From positions 682,001-746,000 of the forward strand of contig OZ287078.1 of the NCBI GenBank assembly GCA_965645245.1: a stretch of DNA of 64,000 nucleotides, read 5' to 3'. Made by a program: the position numbers and the translations under genes. Of this stretch, positions 25,931 through 37,320 are shown one piece after another (the stretch's first letter is position 1; each line of letters begins with the position of its first letter). This DNA comes from Massalongia carnosa (Eukaryota). Below the pieces are notes generated by a model. The model was not told the DNA's origin, searched no databases, and saw nothing but the letters and a program-made list of their open reading frames with translations.

Positions 25931-28900
25931 TTATTCCGCTTCTCATCGCCATACAACATTGTCGTCTACCACATATTCTCTTCCCAGCTCCCTTCCGAAC
26001 ATCGGCGCGTTCACATCTACTCCCATTGTTCATCCTTGTCTGTCTTATTAAAGATTCACCTTTAGCGATGCTTGACACGTCAAGTCCCAGCGCTATACAT
26101 GACATCTGCTATGTGTCAGGTTGTACGGCATAGATAGCGCATTTGGGCCATTTTCTTCACGGGTACATTACCAGGATGAAGGCGGCCTGGAAACGCCGCT
26201 GGCTTGATCCTTTTATAGCATTTTGTACAAAATGTCAAATCAAAGCTAGCTTCTACTTTTGATGTTGGTGTATGGGTATGCCCACATGAAGGTAGTTTTT
26301 TTGTTTCCGCCACATGCGTTGAAATCTAGACCTCGGCATCAAGATGTGCAGCATGTACTCTGTAAAGAGATGTTGATCTAACTGTCGTGTTCGCCCCAAC
26401 GGGTATCCGAACGTTGAAAGCGGTGGAGCAAAGAAGTGGATACACATGCATTCTTTTATTTTTTTGATGCACAATATACATCTTGTCATCCATCCATTTA
26501 TCCACCCTTCTACGGAGATGTTTCCCAATTACAGATCCATTGAGCCGTGCAGCCAATAGCCACACAGCCGTAATATTTTTCCTTCGGCTCTCTCCGCTAT
26601 CTAACATTCAATACATTCCATCACTAGCTAGTCAGCTATCACTACCCTAAATAGCTGAAGGCTATTTTCCATTTGGATATAATAAAAACAGGCCGAAGGG
26701 TTTCTGAATGAACTAAACAGGTTTCAGAGGTGGGATATGAGGATAGCTGAGGAACCAGTGTAGTATTAGGTTATTCTATCCGCTGTTTTTCATATTTTTT
26801 CATATTTTTTCATCCTATTTCATATCTTTTCATCTCAATATGGCTTTTGCTGTCAACGATTTGCTTTCGCATATCAGGTCTTTAGTTGCATAATAGCTAG
26901 GTCATGGGCACTAGCTAGATGAGGAGCGAAATAGGTAGCAGGATATATGTGAGTTTCGGTAACATAATAGCTGTATTCGTCTGACCTTGCCTGCACCAAT
27001 AGACCGTATATGATCTTCTTATGGCGAGACGAAATGAAGGGACTCAAGGACACTCTTCGTAATAGCAACGCGTGGAGTAACAATGATTCGTCATTTCATC
27101 GAAACCACCCGATGGATATTGGCCACCCTCCTAGTAGTTGCCCAGCGAGAAAATTCGTATTCGGCGGTCGACGTGTAGATTGAAAAGAGGGCACTGGTGA
27201 GAGTTCAAAAAGCACCCGCAGCGCACAAATGAGAAGAACCTCTGGGGTTATACTCTGGACATAAAGGTAAGGTAGATGCTCGAGTTTAACAAGCATTGTT
27301 GCCTGCAGCGGAAGGAATCTTCCCTCGACGTTCTGCATGCTGCATGAACCGTCACTCGACCTGGATGACTGTTGGGTTTTCTTACAATGACGGATGTTGC
27401 CTAACCCCTAAAATAATAGTATTCCGGATGATATCACAGGGTAAACCTGGTAGAAAGCGGTTACCCGCCAGCCTGTTGTAGCCATCCACGCAACCAAACA
27501 AGGTCACCAGTGCAGTTACTTCCGTGCAGTTGGAGTTATATATGCCAGGTATGTGATTAGGCAATAACGTCGCCTTGAAGCGTTGTTCTGAAGTCAGATG
27601 AGCCTCTAACTTCAGGAACGGTCACGGATGTATTGGTCGTGCATCCTAGCCGCCGCGTGGTGGGTGCAGAAGATTCTGGGCCGACCACTTACAATGAGCC
27701 AAAACAGCGCTTTTCCTTTCTCCGCTGGACCCATTCGTACAGCTCCAAAGGGCTTCATGGTTTCCTTTGGCCAATTGGCCCTGCATACGGTCCGTACAGA
27801 GTGAAAAGGAAAGCGTAAGCTGCAGATGCTGCAGATGCAGCAGGTGAGGGAGAAAGGAATGCAATACATAGTGCTCTGTACAGATTACAGATCATCGAAG
27901 CACGCACGGATGCTGAATGACGAGCAAGATAGGGACAGCTCGACGGCGTGGTTAGCCTGGCCCATACTGGGTACACTGTACAGCAGCACAGCCATTTTGA
28001 TTCGAGCACAGCTGCCACAGCATCGAACCAAAGTGGATGTGGATGGTGCTGGGATTTGTCACGGCGCCACGACTAAGGCACACTTCGCTGGGTTACACGC
28101 TTCGCTACAGAACACGAGCATGATGTGCGCTACTTGCCCTATTTCCCTATGTGACTTCAAATTCTCCAGCTCGCATCAGATTTACAGCATCATGAAGTGC
28201 AGTACAGGATCTAGCATACCAGCATCAAGTTATTTTTGTATGGTTTGCTCACGGCTGTACCTTTGTGATGAGCGGTTCCGAGGCCTTCCCAGTGCGAAGC
28301 CTCCGAGATGCACGACATCGAATTATGGGTCTCGTCTACTCTAGCCTCGTCAAGTCACGCACTCTGCAAAGTGGAGTCGTTAAACGACTGATTGGACAGA
28401 AATGTGAGATTGATGCGAAGAAGTTTAACCGCGGTTGTCACGGGATGCGCCATCATCGAGAAAGCGTACAGAGTACGGTAACCTTAAGAGTTAGGGCGGA
28501 GCGGAGCGCAAGGTTAGTACTTAGTTACGGCAAGCTAACGGAAGCAGTACCTTGTACCAACGTACTCTGTACAGTGCAACTTTCAACGACTCAGTCCGAT
28601 ATCCTTAGGCCAAACGCCTCCGTCTTCCATGAAGCACAGAGCAGCGGACATACAACTTGACGGACGCATCGTCTGATTGTTCGAGAGGAATCGACGAATA
28701 ACACAAGGCTAGTCTAACACTTTTTAACGGTGGGCGTTCAAGGGGTTTGGCCGATCATTCGGAAATCTGTACCGATCCGCACCCACTGCTGTTCTTTGCC
28801 TTCCTATGCTGTTGTCATGTCGATACGAACACCGATGATCTAGGGAGGTATCTGACTTTCATCTCTAAGTACATGCATTACCTTATCGTTTCATCTGGAC

Positions 28901-30310
28901 TTCTCTTGCCCTGCTTAGACAAGATCGTATCGTATCGAATATACTGTATCATATCGTATTGTCGTATTGAGGAACTGTCTTCCCAGCTTTTTAATTCCAG
29001 ATTTCCAGGAGACAAGTTTGTTGTTCCTGCGCCCGCTGACTTCCTAGCCCCATCCAGACAAGGACATTTGCATCTCATGACCAGATCCATGCCCCTAAAC
29101 ACGCTAAACTACCAACCGAGAAACCCCCCTTCAAGAGTCAAAGCTTCCTGATCCCAAAATGCCTATTCGTAGAATTCTTTGAACCACTCCCCCCAAAACT
29201 CCAAAATTATTTCTCCCCTTCTCTCCATATTTCCGTTCACATTAAGATTCGAAACCTTTTGAAAAGGGAAGAGAGAGTCAAGTCACATGAGCTCTCCCCT
29301 TTCGCTTCCTTTTTCCGACTTCAAATCCTGCAGTGCTACAGAATTGCTACAACAATTCACGATCATCCTCATCCTCCTCCTATCTCCAGTCTCAATTTGT
29401 CCTAACGCAAAGTGCTACCACATCCGTTCCGCAACGCAACTCTTGAATTCTTGCCATCCGCACAGTAAATAAGAACCCTCCATTGGACCCAGCCTGCATG
29501 ATTGTGGCTTACCGCCGGCGCCCGCAATCCCCTCTCGTTCTGTTAGCAGGGCGCTATCGTTTGCCTGTAGAGCTTCCTGCAGTGTTGTGGTGATCTCTGG
29601 CCTCGACGCTCGACTCTCACGAACATTGTTACCACATCCAGCCTCTTGTCACCGTCTGCGTTATTCAATCGGGTTCCCTTCTCCTGCCTTGAATCATCGC
29701 TATCTTCTATCCGTCGTTGTCTGGGACGCCATAAAAAGAAAAAGTCGCAGCACGGACCAGTGATTAGATCGTCCGCTATTTAATCGCCTGTCAGGCGACC
29801 TTCCAGTGACCCACCCGGCGTCTCTTCACCACCTTCCTTCATCCGTCTGAGTATTCTTTGTTTCCAAGGGTGAACCGTCCGTCTTGGAATATTTTAGAAT
29901 AGGGAGAGAGTGTTAGAATATTTCCTGGTCAAGAGTTTTTGGAGTGATTGCAATTTGCGAAATAGATATCTCCTTGGCGCTCTCCACCGGAGCGATTCAG
30001 CGAACGACTCAGCAAAGGACGACTCAGCGAACGACTAGCACGAATCGACTGACCACTTAACCGCTAGAACCGAACGACTAAGCGCAGAATCGCACCATTT
30101 TGAATCGACGCCTGTACATCCCTTGCTACCTTGCCTGACCTCGTCAACTTTACACGCATCCACTTCCATACCGCGTCAACCATCCTCGAAGCAAGTTGCC
30201 TAGAACGGACTTCACCACAGACCTTGCATTGTCTCGTCATCAACTCTTGAACCTCAGCCCTCCATACTCTCGATAGTTACAGGAACGCTGCCTGTTTTGG
30301 CTAAGTTGAG

Positions 30311-31834
30311 ATGTCTTCCCAAAACCGCCCTGCAGGGTTCTCGAGCTTGCGTATGGGAGGTAAGTGTACGAAGTTACTTCCTGCACTGCTATGGCTGATA
30401 ATTGCAACAGAGGTCATACGTGAGAAAGTTCAAGATGGCCTCACTGGTGAAACTAGGGAGATGCAGTACACCCAATGCAAGATCGTAGGGAACGGCTCAT
30501 TTGGTGTGGTCTTTCAAACAAAGCTTGCTCCGAACGGAGAGGACGCGGCTATCAAGAGAGTTTTGCAGGATAAACGTTTCAAGGTGAGATTATAGAAAGG
30601 AGACCTCCACACGTCATATAATACTAAACGTCACAGAACCGAGAGTTGCAAATCATGAGAATTGTGAGACATCCGAATATTGTTGAACTCAAGGCTTTCT
30701 ACTACTCCAATGGAGAGCGTGTAAGTGGAATGGAAAAGGAAGACAAGAAATATGATAGAAAGGTTCGCTAACGTCTTGTGACGCAGAAAGATGAGGTGTA
30801 CCTTAATTTGGTGCTCGAGTTTGTGCCTGAGACGGTGTACCGCGCGTCGCGCTTTTTCAATAAGATGAAGACGACCATGCCTATCCTCGAGATAAAGATC
30901 TACATTTATCAACTTTTTCGTTCGCTGGCGTACATCCATTCCCAAGGTATATGCCATAGAGATATCAAGCCGCAGAATCTCCTGCTTGATCCAAACACCG
31001 GTGTGTTGAAACTTTGCGACTTTGGTAGCGCAAAGATCTTGGTTGAAAACGAACCTAATGTGTCATACATTTGCTCACGGTACTACCGCGCACCCGAGCT
31101 AATCTTTGGCGCGACAAACTACACAACGAAAATTGGTAAGTCTTTGCATAAACAAACGCAACAGTCAGAGAGATCTCGCTGAACCTCATTAGATGTCTGG
31201 TCGACTGGGTGTGTCATGGCAGAGCTGATGCTGGGCCAACCTCTATTTCCAGGTGAGTCAGGCATCGACCAGCTAGTCGAAATCATCAAGGTGCTTGGGA
31301 CACCGACGAGAGAGCAAATCCGCACCATGAATCCAAATTACATGGAGCATAAATTTCCTCAAATCAAGCCACATCCGTTCAACAAGGTCGGTACCAAACA
31401 CTAAAGTATACATTACAGTATTGATCTCATCTGTTTGTTAGGTATTCCGTAAAGCTTCTACCGATGCTATCGAATTAATATCTGCGCTACTCGAGTATAC
31501 ACCTACCCAGCGTCTCTCCGCTATCGAGGCAATGTGCCATCCTTTCTTCGATGAACTTCGCGATCCCATGTGTCGTTTCCCTGATTCCAGGCATCCCAAT
31601 GGTGCTTCTAAAGAAATGCCCCGACTCTTTGACTTCTCCAAGCACGGTAGGCTTTCAGACCTCGGTGTTTCCGAGCAAAATTTGCTAATTAAATCATCAG
31701 AACTATCTATTGCACCGGAGAAGAATACTCGTCTAGTTCCTCCACACGCTCGCCGGGACCTGGCTCTACGAGGTCTCGACCTTGAGGGGTTTGTGCCTCT
31801 TTCAAAAGAGGAAATGATGGCCCGGCTCGACTAG
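30311..31834 (+). CDS. GSK3: Glycogen synthase kinase 3 homolog, multi-exon
   Basis: [91 protein letters not shown]. Confidence 0.97.
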
Positions 31835-32965
31835 ATCGTCGCTACGAGATACGCATAATGAACTGAATGTCATCAGCGTGCAAGCGCATGTATAATGAGC
31901 CTAGTGCTATCTTCACTTGCCCCCGACGTGTCGGCTTCTTGCCAGAGCAGTAGTTTACAGATCGGCTGTTGGGGCAAAGATTGACTGAATTGGAATAAAA
32001 GCATGCGGGGCTGCTTCAACCAGGCGATGCCAGGATTTCGTCTGGCAAAGGTCGAGGGCAAAAGCATGATCAAGGGGCTTTTCTGTTCACGGCAGAATAT
32101 TTCATGAAGGATCGCGAAGACGGACTCTGGTGGGGAAGGGCCAATACGAACAGAGAGCTTCGGCTGCACAGTTTATTAAGGCGAAAGATGGAGAAGATGT
32201 CACTCAGGACCAATAGCTAATGCGCTTGCGTCCGTGTTAGTAAATGAATTCTTTCCACTCAACCAACATAAATACTTTCCTTCCTCATTACTTTCATTGC
32301 GCGTGTATGTAAACCCGCCCTGAATGTTTTCGATGCGGTGTAGGATTGAAGACAAGCGGCTAATCCACCTGGATAAAAACACGCAAACCTAGTGCGGCAG
32401 ACTCGCTCAATCTTGGTGTGTATTTGTGATTACCTGTCAAGACCTTGCTATGGGGCCAATCAATCTACAAAAATAATCGTGCATTTTGTTGACAGCGATT
32501 ATTGAAGATCGACTCGCAGGCAAACCAGATACTAGATTTCCAAATCCAAGTCATAACGCCGATCAATATACTGGAGATCCTTATGACCTTTCTGAGCTCG
32601 GAGATCATCGATATACCGTTATATTAGAAGGTAACTACTATCGATTGAATAATGAAACTTTAATTCCTAGTAGTTTTCGTGAGTAGTTTCACCTGAAGGA
32701 GCATATGGATACATCAAGTAGCTTGGTCTCAGAGGTCGATAATGTTACTTTTTGTTCTGGAGGCCTCTCGTAATAGGGGGTGGTCTACGGAGTAGTAGGC
32801 ATCTGGTGCAGACAATTTAGCTCCGAAACCGCGCCACTTACGTTAGGTTACTTACGTTCCTCGAAATAAGAGCCGCTTTACTTAGCGTTTTTCCGATTCA
32901 GTGAGCTTCATTGAATCTTGACCCAAAGTCAGCACTTATCATAGCCTATTTCGACTGCTAAAACA

Positions 32966-35828
32966 ATGACGGACTATGACAGAAGGAATGGTTCAGCGCG
33001 AGGAGGTTATAATAATCGCAAGCGGAGGTTTCGAGGTAACAACCTAGGCGCTTCCTTCTTTTACACGCTAATCTTGCTCAATAGATGAAGATGACTATGA
33101 CCGTCGCCCGCAGCGCAGACGATATGAGGAGCCATTAGGTGTGAAAGTACGGAAGCAGCTTCTTGCTATTGCTGAGTCGGTATAAATTCACGTCCGAAGA
33201 GTCGTCAGTTCTAATATGCTAATGCTGGAACAGCCGCTAAAGAGAACGGACGACGAAATCGCCAGCATCGCCAAAATAGTTGCTGAGAGCTATGACAATG
33301 ACGAACTTCGAAACACATTTGTGGATCTATTGTTGCAACTGTTGGTTCATTCCTGCCTGCTATGGCCTCGATTATCACTAACGATGCATCAGTGTGGTTG
33401 AGCAGCCTTTTAAGATTCCCTTTGCCGCCGCTATTATAATAGTTGTAAACCCTCAAAACTCAAAACCTACCCAAGAAATTATAGCAAGAGCGGCCGCGGC
33501 TTTGCAAAAATACCTATACAATGGGGCTTGGCGTGAGGTCAAGCTGCTGCTACGATTCTTGGGCTGCTTGCAAGGAGTTTTGGAGGGTGATGGCGTGTTT
33601 CCCATCTTGGAGGAGTTATTCTCACGAGCAGTTGACTTACAGACTGCTTCATCTGAAGACGTAAGTTTCGCGTTCACAAAGTGTGTACAATGCTAACCTT
33701 TCTACTATTAGAGCTTAGGATTAGAGCTTGTAAAGATCATTCTACTTACGATTCCTTATGTAATGGCTTCCTCCGCGACGGACTTTGAAGAGCACGCCAA
33801 TGTCCTACTGGACAAGACAGATATCATTGCTTCAACACCTCATGCTCTTGAAGCTCTAGTGGATCCTTATCCAGGAAACGGGGAAGATACTGCACACGAA
33901 CCGCAAAGCATTATTGGCCTCTTACAAAAGCAGCTACAAGGCGAGGCTAGCAACTCTTGGGAGTTGGCATGTATTCCTCGTGCATGGAAGTTACCCGAGG
34001 CCGGAGATGGAGTGGATAACCCAATGGTTAATTTAAAGCATGCCTTACCGCCGCTTACTGTCCCTTCCCCGGCGTCGCCAGGCTCTCGCCCTCGATTGCC
34101 AGAGATTTATTTTTCTGTGTACGCGGACCAAGACATTGAGACGGTACCATCGACCGCTAATGTAGCATCTTCTATATTGCGAGATTCCCTTGTTGATACT
34201 ATCAACATACTTGACTTCAATCGAAATGCAACAGCCAGGTTTCTGATCGATCTAGATTGTTACTTCTCACCTGACACTTTTGTGAAAAGGGCTACGCCTT
34301 TTGACCGCTTACGAGACGTTGAGGGTAACCGATCAACATGGAAACCAGAAGATGTTGCAGTGGACGCGGTGTTCTCTCAGCTTCTACAGCTGCCCGCGCC
34401 AGAGCATAAGCTGGTGTATTATCATTCCGTACTCACCGAGGCTTGCAAGATTGCACCGGCAGCAATAGCACCAAGTCTAGGTCGGGCAATCCGCTACCTA
34501 TACAAAAACGTCGATGTTATGGACCTTGAACTAGAATATAGATTTATGGATTGGTTCTCGCATCATTTGAGCAACTTTGGTTTCACCTGGAAATGGACCG
34601 AATGGTAACTTCCGTCAAGCGCGCTAATTGCGTCCATCGCTGATTATTCATAGGGTTGATGACGTGGAGCTACCATTAGTACATCCCAAAAAAGCTTTTA
34701 TGGTGGGGGCCTTGGAGAAAGAGATTCGCCTTAGTTTTGCCCAAAGAATACGAGGGACTCTTCCGGAGCCTTACCAACCCCTAATCTCCAAAGCCAAAGA
34801 AGAAGATACGCCCAGCTTCAAATACAACTCCGACCGTAAGCTTTTGCAGAATCCATCGACTTTGCGAAGCATGATGACTAACAAATTGCCGTTCAGAAAC
34901 CCCCTATGCGCCTGCAGCCCTCGAGATTCTCCGTCTCCTCCGGACCAAAGCTCCTGACTCCGAAATCCTTATTCACCTTACGGCTATCGAAACCGAAGCT
35001 GCTGCCTTGGGAGTTGGTGACCCACTCGTCCCATCCACAGACGCCTATGTAACCTCCATCTGCTACATTGGATCCAAATCACTATCCCATGTACTCTCCT
35101 GCATTGAGCGCTGTAAAGAGCGCCTTCTGGCCATCGGCCCTCAATCAGAGTCCGCTAGGCGCCAGATAATCACTTCGGTGATGGAGTACTGGCGTGAGAA
35201 ACCGGGCGTCGGCGTGAACGTCGTAGACAAGCTCCTGAACTACACCATCCTCACCCCCATAAGTGTCATCACCTGGGCACTTGTTGACCACATTGGCAAG
35301 GGAGAGAGCCTTACCCACGCACACGTCTACGAGATGGTCGCATCAACGATGCACAAGGTTACTAACCGTGTACGGCAGATCGTGCTGGCACGCAATCAAC
35401 GCGAGCTGCCAATTGTGCAGGTGGCTCTGCTGGACGAGACACTCGCAAAGGAGCGAAGGGATATGGAGCAGTTGTTTGCCGTTGTTGAGGACGCTCTGGT
35501 GGGAGTGGCGACCGGGGTGGTGGACGAGATGGCGGAGTCGGCGGACCAGGATGGGAGTGGGGCGGCGCTGTTGAGAGCTTGGGGTGGGCGATGGTTAAGG
35601 GTGTTTAGGCGAAAGATAGCGATTGAGGAGGCGTGGGTAGGAGAAATGCTGCTGCTGATTGAGGGGGGCCAAGATGGTCTTGATGGGGTCGACGATCAGG
35701 GCGATGGAGATGGTGATGATGATGAAGTGGCAATGGACGGGATAGCGAACGGGGGGCACGGCAACTTGAGCGGAATTGCTAATGGACTTGATATCATGGG
35801 CCAGGAGGGCGAGGACGAGATGCTGTGA
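32966..35828 (+). CDS. CBP80: Nuclear cap-binding complex large subunit (Cbp80/Sto1/NCBP1), multi-exon
   Basis: N-terminal NLS-like NRKRRFR; VEQPFKIPF; FMDWFSHHLSNFGFTWKWTEW; EIRLSFAQRIRGTLP; IGSKSLSHVLS. Confidence 0.92.
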
Positions 35829-36040
35829 GTTGCGAGATGGTTCGCCCTTGGGAGGGAGGGCCGAGTTTTTCTTTGGTGTTCCGTGTGGCTTGTAAAGCTA
35901 CGGTTTGCGGGAATTCGGTTCATGTATGTTCATTTCATCGTAGGGGGAGGTTACCTATCTGTGTGTTTATCTACGGTAGCTAGCTCTCTAGCTACCTATT
36001 ACGGATCTTGCACTACCGCATCGTGGCGCTGCGGTTAGGG

Positions 36041-36105
36041 GTGGTGGTAGTGGTGGTGGTGGTGGTGGTGGTGGTGTTGTGGTTGGTAGTGGTAGTGATA
36101 GTGGT
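36041..36105. repeat. (GTG)n microsatellite, degenerate at the right end
   Basis: gtggtggtagtggtggtggtggtggtggtggtggtg... Confidence 0.85.
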
Positions 36106-36440
36106 ACAGAGTAGTGGCAAACAATTCTCTAGACAGACGGAACGGGACGTGGAAGGAGGGGGGGAGATATTGGGGGAGATGCGATGTCAGCTACCTACAT
36201 ACACATAGATCTATGTACATAGTTACCCACGCACCTTCCTGTCAAGTTTAATGCTGCATTGTCGGGTATGCATATAGGTAGATACTCTGTATGTTGTGTA
36301 AATATGTAGGTAGTGATTGTGTACCGACGTAGGTACTCCGTACCGACGTACCCCATGTATGAATGCCAAGCTCTGTATGTCTGACAGGTTGCCAGGGGGT
36401 TTTTTGAGGGGAGGTTTAGCGGCTTGGCTGGTACGTCCAT

Positions 36441-37081
36441 TTTATTATTATTATTAATTCATTAAGCGTATGCATCCTAAGGATATGACGCTGTGACTGC
36501 TATTTATGTACATAAACAACAGTCAGGAAGTGGAAACCTGGCCCCCAGGGTAAAACCACTCCCTTGTTCCATGTTGAACGCAACGAGACCGTCCTTCTAC
36601 CACGCGGTGCATACACCCAGATCTTCAAGCGCTAGGAATCCTATAGACTCGATGAACTAGACAGTGTATTTTCACACGTTCGACGAACGTTCTCTCTCTT
36701 TAAACGTTTTGATTCAATGGAGGAAAGACTGGCCGTGATCGAGGGCAGATCGTGGTGTCGTATAAATGAAGGTGTGTAAGTGTGGCCATTCTAAATGAAT
36801 GGGCTTTTTCGATGTGGTGAAAGGCTTCCGCCTGAGGGGTGTGGCCATTCCGAATGAATGGGCTTTTTTGATGAGGTGAAAGGCTTCCGCCTGAGGGGTG
36901 TGGCCATTCCGAATGAATGGGCTTTGTATGCGTGCCTTCGAGGTGACGAATGATCAGTAGAGACGTTGATCGTTCAAATGGCCACCGAGGTGGACTTCCG
37001 CGTTGGCGATGATCAGATATTGGCCACCTCCGAGGAGGTGTTGATAGCCTGCACCACGTAGAGGTTTCTGACCCAGCAGGC
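36441..37081 (-). mobile_element. Non-autonomous non-LTR retroposon (SINE/SIDE-like), 641 bp, with 13-bp TSD and (TAA)n tail
   Basis: Direct repeat CTGGTACGTCCAT at 36428-36440 and 37082-37094; minus-strand 3' end ...gcttaatgaattaataataataataaa; three 3' hairpins; no ORF of 60 aa or more in the track. Confidence 0.85.
36780..36925. repeat. 59-bp tandem repeat, about 2.5 copies, inside the retroposon
   Basis: Units start at 36780, 36839, 36898: gtgtggccattccgaatgaatgggcttttttgatgaggtgaaaggcttccgcctgaggg. Confidence 0.92.
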
Positions 37082-37082
37082 C
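37011..37082 (-). ncRNA. HDV-like self-cleaving ribozyme fold at the 5' end of the retroposon
   Basis: GGCCUGC UG GGUCAGA A ACC UCUACGU GGU GCAGGCU AU CAA CACCUC CUCG GAGGUG G C CAA UA UCUGAUC = P1 (7 bp, G1-U wobble), P2, P3 with 7-nt L3, CAA, P4, catalytic-C-like position at 37023. Confidence 0.8.
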
Positions 37083-37320
37083 TGGTACGTCCATGCTAGC
37101 ATGAAGAGCCCTACCAGCCAATCGGTCAGCCTCAGCAAGCCAGTTCAGTTAGTCAGTCAGTCATCAGCAAAGTCGAGTCATGGATTGGTTGGTATGCATT
37201 GATTGGATTAGATTGGACTATTTGATTGATTGGTTGACTGGTTTACGGAAAGTGATTGGTTAACTGAGTTAAACCGATTAGCCGGTTGAGATAATTGATA
37301 GATTGATTGATTACTCTGTA

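Noticed and set aside
30240..30310. Non-AUG N-terminal extension of GSK3
   Set aside because: In-frame TAA at 30302-30304 immediately upstream of the ATG.
32200..32760. Possible small spliced minus-strand gene between GSK3 and CBP80
   Set aside because: Some splice-like signals, but I could not assemble a start-to-stop product with a recognisable family.
36780..36925. 59-bp repeats with hairpins as a CRISPR-like array
   Set aside because: Head-to-tail units with no unique spacers, in a eukaryotic genome, inside a retroposon.
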